This document shows, piece after piece, positions 57,103 through 64,000 of a stretch of DNA of 64,000 nt (its first letter is position 1; every line of letters begins with the position of its first letter). The translations under genes were made by a program, and so were the position numbers. The notes under the pieces were generated by a model. That model worked only from the letters and a program-made list of their open reading frames with translations. It was not told where the DNA came from and made no database searches. This DNA comes from Octopus sinensis (taxonomy: Eukaryota). The stretch lies in contig NC_042999.1 of the NCBI RefSeq assembly GCF_006345805.1, positions 103,788,001 through 103,852,000 on the forward strand. The letters run 5' to 3'.

Positions 57103-58924
57103 TCACTAATATATATTGGTGTGTATGTAAGCATGTAGGCACAATGCAGTCAGATTGTTAAGCTCGTTTTACAAACACAAGGTCCCGGGTTCGATCCCAC
57201 TGTATGTCATCTTTAGTAAATATCATTTTCTATGGTGTTGAGTCAACCCATACAAATGAGTAAAACTGGGAAGATGGAAACTATACAGAAGCCTATCAGG
57301 AGGATTCTACTTGTAATTCAGAAAGGTAAAGCCTTGTCACACTGCTTCTGCTTGAAATTTACATTAAGGAAAAAACTGTCTGAGGGATATTCAGCCACTT
57401 ACACATTCATTCAAAGTAACTCAGATGATTGAACAATTAAATCCTCATTGTAAAAAACCAAACAACACAATGTGAGTTTTTGTATGCATGTTATAAGCTG
57501 GAATATGTAAACCCCCCCCCCGGTGCAATCCTCAACTTTTAGGTTTGATCCCATCATACAGCACCATGGTCAAGTGCTTTCCACCATCAACTCAAGTCAA
57601 CCCAAGATTTCTGAGTGAAATTAAAGAGGCGGAAACTGCATGGAAGCCTGTCAGATACACTGTATCTGTAATTTGGAAGTCTGTCTTGTCACGTAGTTTT
57701 ACATTGATCCAACATGAGGTTCACATTAAGAGTACAAATGTCTGTCAGACGCAGCATGGCTAAATGGTTAAGAAGTTTGCTTTGCGATTGCAAGTCCCTA
57801 TATTTACATACACTGTTTGGCGTTTTGCCTAGGACTGGCCAAAATCTTGTGAGTGAAATTGGATAGATGGAAACTATAGAGAAACTCATTGGATGGAATG
57901 TACCAGTTATAGAGGTACACTCCCATCATACTGATTCTGCCTGGGGATTACGTTAATAGTATATTTGGGGAATGGTTAGGCACTAGCACACTCATTCATT
58001 GAGTCAATTGAATCTTCACCAAATAACAGAGATCCATTTACAATATAAGCATCAGTGGAACTCTTACATTATAATAAAGTGAGTAGATGAAACTAAAGAT
58101 CAAACAACTGAGACAACACACACAAACACATGAAAATTACAGAAGAATCCAACACATTTAAATATATATAAGCAGTTTGGCAAAAGAGACTGATAGAATA
58201 TGTATCAGGCTTCAGAAAGTAAGGCCTAGGATTGATTTGTTTGACTAAAACCCTTCAAGGTGGTGCACCAACATGGTCACAGTCAAATGACTGAAACAAG
58301 TAAAGGAAAAAATAAAAGATATAAATTTTTTTTTTTTTTGTGGAGGGGTGAAACGGTGGATCTTTAAGCAGTTAAAACTGTTAATAATAGCACAAAAATA
58401 TTGGGTTAAAAACCCTTCGAAAAGAACAAGTCAAAGGCTGCCTGTGGAACTCAAATCCACACCCCCTGCAAACATGTCAGGTGTTCTACCTCTGGACCAA
58501 AGCAATCCTTCAAATATCTCTATTCATTTTAGAAACTTTGTTCCTACCAGTGAGAATAATGTGTTGCTGATGTCATAACAATTCAGAAACTTCAAAAGAA
58601 CGTGAAATAATTCTTTTCTGGAATAGTGAATCTTGAAGCAGTGTAAATATTGGGGATAAGTCTTTAGCATTGAGACTATTCTGTCAAACATAATTTTTTG
58701 GGGGTCTCAATTAATCATGCATTACCTCTTTGCTTCTAGGTTTCAATGAGGTGATTGTATATTTTAAGAATGACATTGTAAGGTATGAGTGAGAAGCTAA
58801 ATTTGGTCAGTCTGAATGTAAAGCATGTAGAATAGTTGGGCCTGATGTGGCTGGTTGAAATACTAAAGGATTAAAAAATAACTATGAATAGAAAAAGCCA
58901 AAAACTCCCTGTGGTACTCAGAAT

Positions 58925-59292
58925 CTTAGTACTTGATTCAGTCATTGGACTGTGTACATACTGGGAAACAGCCTTGAAGTGTCTAGAAAAACAAATCAAC
59001 AATACATATTTTCTAAATGTCTGGTACTTACTTATTCTACTGGTCTTTTTTTGCCAAACCATTAAGTTATGGGGATGTAAACAAAGCAACACTTGTTGTC
59101 AAGTCGGGGGGACAAGTACAAAGACATACACACACAAATGCAACAAACTTCTACACAGTTTCCATCTACCAAATTCAATCAGAAGACATTGGTTAGCCCG
59201 GAGCTATAGAATATGCTTGCCTAAAGTACAGCAGTGGGGCTGAACCCAATATAGCATGGCTGCCCAGTGAACCTCAACAACATAGCTATGAC
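58925..59292 (-). mobile_element. SINE family A, CpG-decayed
   Basis: CCAAACCATTAAGTTATGGGGATGTAAAC versus CCGAACCGCTAAGTTACGGGGACGTAAAC in other copies. Confidence 0.75.
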
Positions 59293-61715
59293 TTTATAAA
59301 GAACACAGAGGACTAACAGGGATCCAAGGACTTACCCTAGTCATGCTGTGTGTTACATTAAGGGTACATTTGTCTGTGGAATACTCTCGACCACTAGGTA
59401 GTTTTTGTTGGTCAAACAATTGGAACAGCCATTCGTTGAAAATCAATGCAAGAGGCCATCACGCATCATAAACAATTCTTGTCCTACAAACTCATTCCAA
59501 AAATGGATAATCAAAATTTGCAGACAAATAAAGAAGAAAAACCACATGTAAAATATAAAATACATACACATACAAAATAAGGTGAAATTGAAAAGTAAAT
59601 AAATAAGTAAATAAAATAAATGAATAAATAAATAATAACAAACAAAATCACAGTATTCAACAAATGGTGAAATAATTTGAGCAAGAAAAGAAATTAAAGT
59701 AAAAAAAAAAGGAGGAGAAGAAGGAGGAATTTAGAGAAGACACTGCGATATGCAGAGTACAGTGGAGACACAAGAAGGGAGATTCTGGAGTAGAGAGTGA
59801 AGAGAAAGAAAATATGAAATATTGGAAGGAGATGGAGGCAGAAGGAGAAAGTGTAAGAGTAGAAAGTAATGGAAAGAAAGAGAAGAGAAAGCTGTAGTGA
59901 AAAGATGGAAGGGGAAGTAATTCAGAAGTACAAATAAAGAGGACAGTTTTTTCTTCAATCTTTTTTATTTCAAATTTCTTTTTTTTTTAATGTTTAATTT
60001 GTTATTTATTGTCTTGTTTTTGGTTGGGTTTTTTTAAGTAAATTTTCCAAACATCTTAGAGAGAGGGAAGAATTAGAATTACAAGGTGCACACACACCCA
60101 CACACATATGTATATACACACACTAACAAGTATGTAGATATGTATATATGCAAGTATGCACACACACACACACACAAGGAAAACTTACAGAACTGAAGCT
60201 GGGATGGAATATATTTCAAAAACAATTTTAAATATTAAAAAAAAATTATTTTAATGGTTATTTTCATGCTGGTTCGTAATTCCTATATTTTTTTTTAACA
60301 TTCGTACTGCCAAACACACACATACACACACAGAGGGCACTGCAACATAGCTCTGCTATAGAAAAAAAAATTATTTTAAAAACAAAAAAAAAAAAAAAAA
60401 ATCAGTGATATTTATTGAGACCAGCCAATTTAGTTTAAATAAATTTGAATAACTTTGCAAAACTTTTATACAAGTTTGTATGTCTGTAGAGAGACAAGTC
60501 TCAGTGCTTCATTCAGACAGCTGTATAGAAACAGGATAAAACAACTTTAAATTCACATCTTCTTTACCACACGCATACAAACTTATCTTTATTTGCAATT
60601 TTAAGTAACTGGAGCATTTGCCACTAATGGTTTGTTCAGGACCGTTTTATTTTATTTTTTGTTCTCTTATTGTTTTGGTTTATTTATTTGCTCCTCATTT
60701 GCTGGTTAATTAATATACACTTATGGACATGGTATATCCTATGGTACAGCAAGTATATATTGCTCCATATTACTTAAACCTTCTAAATTACATAGAAAGT
60801 CGTGCTCCCTTTTTTTTCCTTTTCTTTGGATTCATTATTGCCTCTTTTTTCATGCTTTCTTTTAAGATTTGAGAGGGAAGCAGTAAATATATATATATAT
60901 ATATATATATATAACTGTATTAATGAAAAAAGTATAGACAACTTCCCATATCATAAACAGTAATAATATAATAGTTAATGGTCTAAAAGAAAGATTTTGT
61001 CACTGAGATGGAAAGAAAGAGAAGGATAATAAGAGAAAGTGAGGGAATGAGTGGCAAGACAGGGTGGAGTGGTGAGGGAGGCGAATGATAAAAGGGGGGA
61101 TAAAAACAAAGCGATAGTTATCATTATTTGTTAGTAAAAATATCTTTTATGAAGTTTATACATTTATTTTTTTCCCGATCTTTTGAAGTTTTTTTTATTA
61201 TATTAAAATTAAGATTTTTTAAGGGATCTGCACCAACATCATGGGAGCAATTTCCTTATCCTACTGCAAACCATCATCACTACCACTAATAATATCACTC
61301 TCATTACTATGCCATCACTATAACCAACACTGCCATAACCACAATACTATCAGCAATCAAATATAACAGCAATTTCCACTAATCAATTTAGTATGGAATT
61401 TATAATCCTCTAATGTGTGAGACCAACTTGCTAAATATAGCAGACAAATCTTCCTCACATTATACCTAGTGTGCTTAATTAAAAGGACATACATAATATA
61501 CCTATCATCCTAGATAAACAAAAATACAGGATGGTCACAGCTGGAATGATTTCAATCATAAATCTGCTCATTCAAAATGACAAGTCGAGACATTCTCAAA
61601 ACCCTTTCTGCTATTTTCAGTCTTGATTTCTCTTCACAAGACATACAGGTAATTCCTTAAAGGAAATGGAAGTTGGGTGGATGTAAAGGTAGACTTAGCC
61701 TGTCACCTTGTTTAA

Positions 61716-61929
61716 CCCTTTAGCAGTCAGATTAGTTGGTCAATGGTTATTTATCCAAACTGCTTTAAATTAACCATGCATTATCTTGTAGCTTCAAGGT
61801 TTCAACAATGAGATTGTTTATTTTCAGAATAACATTGTAGGGTAGGTGTGAGAGACCATATCTGGCCAGTTAGAAGATATTACTTGCAGAATATTTGGGC
61901 CTGACATGGCCAGTTTGAATACTGTAGGG
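61716..61929. mobile_element. piggyBac-type (TTAA) MITE; related diverged copy at about 58658-58871
   Basis: TTAA-CCCTTTAGCA ... TACTGTAGGG-TTAA; internal sequence shared with 58680-58870. Confidence 0.7.
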
Positions 61930-62774
61930 TTAATACTGCAACCTGGTTTCTTGGATGCTTTTAGCAGAGTGCACTCTGTTTCCTGAATTCAGATTAAGAC
62001 CCCAGTTTGAAGATACCTTCCTCTCTTTTTCCCACAAGTTTCAAAGGCCCCATAGAAATAAAGGGAAAAGTGTACTAACATCTTAGTAATGAGGTGTAAT
62101 GACCCTACCAAGATACAAAAAAAAAGTTAATTGAATACTAGCCCCAATTCAATCACTGGTATGGATTTTAAAATCCTGATAGGTAAAAAGGTGGAATTGA
62201 ATGATGTAAAATATTTACAGTAACTTAATCTGCCACTGTATCATTTTTTTAATAGCATGCCACCTTTTTCAGTAAAAGCTCAATCTGCAAAAAACAGTAG
62301 TCAAATCTCCCTCAAAACCAAACCCCACCACCATCTTAAGAAAAAAAAACGACAGGCTTCATTAGGTAATATCATCCGATGTAAGTATAAAAGAATGGGG
62401 TGTTCATGACTGGAATCGAATGTATTTCAGTGAAGGTCTGTTCAAGCATGTTCAATCAAAGTTTGCTGAGATCTAAAGGACAAACAAACTTATGAATCCA
62501 ATAGCAACATGCAAAGGATTAGAGAAATTGTGACATGGAAGAATAAATCTGCAATAACCTGAAACATATACACATATGCATCTTCACAGTTAGCATGAAT
62601 GTATGCACACTTGTAAACATGTACATGTTTATATATCTTACTATCAAAAATAACACTGCCAATTCTTTGCTACTAGTAGTTTCAAGGTGTTCAAACAAGT
62701 CAGACTTGTACTGCCATAGATTGGCATTTTACAGCCTACACAGCTTTCAGTATAACATTAACTCTATATGAATT

Positions 62775-62923
62775 ATCTTGAGTACTCCTTAGTCGAGCAA
62801 ATAGTACTTATTCTATCGGTCTCTTTTGCCAAACCGCTAAGTTACAGGGACGTAAACACACCAGCATCGGCTGTCAAGCAATGGTGGGGGGGGGGCAAAC
62901 ACAGACACACAAACATATATATA

Positions 62924-62971
<48 letters not shown>

Positions 62972-63110
62972 GACGGGCTTCTTTCTGTTTCCGTCCACCA
63001 AATCCACTCAGAAGGCTTTGGTTGGCCCGAGGCTATAGCAGAAGACACTTGCCCAAGGTGTCACGCAGTGGGACTGAACCCGGAACTATGTGGTTGGTAA
63101 GCAAGCTACG
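62775..63110 (-). mobile_element. SINE family A, partial
   Basis: Body matches 1509-1886 with a (TA)n linker. Confidence 0.85.
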
Positions 63111-63130
63111 CCTACAATTTATATTTAGAC

Positions 63131-63168
<38 letters not shown>

Positions 63169-64000
63169 CTCACTGCCACTACATAGTAGGAGGAGGAGGT
63201 AAATAAGTAAATATTGTGATGAATATAATAATGGTGGCAGTAATTCTTGGTAGCAGCAGAAGCAATAGTAAGTTAGTGCAAGGCACCATGAAGGAGAAAG
63301 ACAAACACTAAAAGTAACTGTCAGAAAAACACACACACACACATACATGTATAATTTAAATGTATATTGGAATAATTACAATTTAAACAAGGCAGTATTG
63401 AAATGAAATTAAATATATATATGTTTTGTATAACTTAAACGTATGGGAAGTGAAATTATACGCAATTTAAATATGTAGAGAAATGTAGCCTCCAAAGGTC
63501 TACAAGAAACAGGCACCATATTAAAATGTATTTAAATTTAAAACATTATACGGAAATACTTTTTCCTCGTGAAATATGATGGCTTAGCACATGGAAAGGG
63601 TTCAAAATTTGGCAATGTGTGCACACACATACACACATACATACACACAATTACACACATGCTCACACAGACACAGTTGGAAGACTATCTCTCTACATGT
63701 TATAACTCAAACATTATGATATCATAACAGCAAAAAATATGTTATAACAAGTTAAGCTTTCTTGTCCCTTGTCATTAATTTTCTTACTTATGGCATTCGA
63801 CCACACACATACATTATCCTATTCTTATACAGTTGAAAGAGTATTTGATGTTGATGCCAACAGACAATGTCAACAAATAATTATAATTATTTCTATCAAT
63901 ATAAGGCTACAAGGTTTCAGCTGGGGAGCAGGAGGAAAGGAGGGGGCTATAGTTATTCATAATGATGCCAGGGTCCTCTATTTGACCTTGCAAGTTTAAG

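Overview
Repeat-saturated, AT-rich animal genomic DNA. The SINE families and extreme microsatellite density suggest an octopus or related coleoid cephalopod (inference, not searched). I found no confident host protein-coding exon, no rRNA or true tRNA gene and no CRISPR array; almost all ORF-track entries are translated microsatellites or antisense frames of transposons. Supportable content: three Tx1-type (L1 clade) LINE copies, four R4/Dong-type LINE fragments with a restriction-like endonuclease, two mariner relics, pogo/Tigger-, hAT- and piggyBac-type MITEs, a non-autonomous Helitron, about 20 tRNA-derived SINEs, Penelope-like terminal fragments and one 100-N assembly gap. Main leads: (1) every Tx1 copy has (GATA)n on both sides, including at three different 5' truncation points, suggesting a (TATC)n-targeting LINE; (2) the R4/Dong copies abut (TATG)n arrays, suggesting a second microsatellite-targeting family; (3) five hammerhead-ribozyme-like motifs, one with an intact core and one downstream of a tRNA-like head; (4) a perfect 292-bp palindrome, a 1.6-kb foldback element and two long hairpins; (5) CpG decay beyond about 53 kb, hinting at a methylated gene body.
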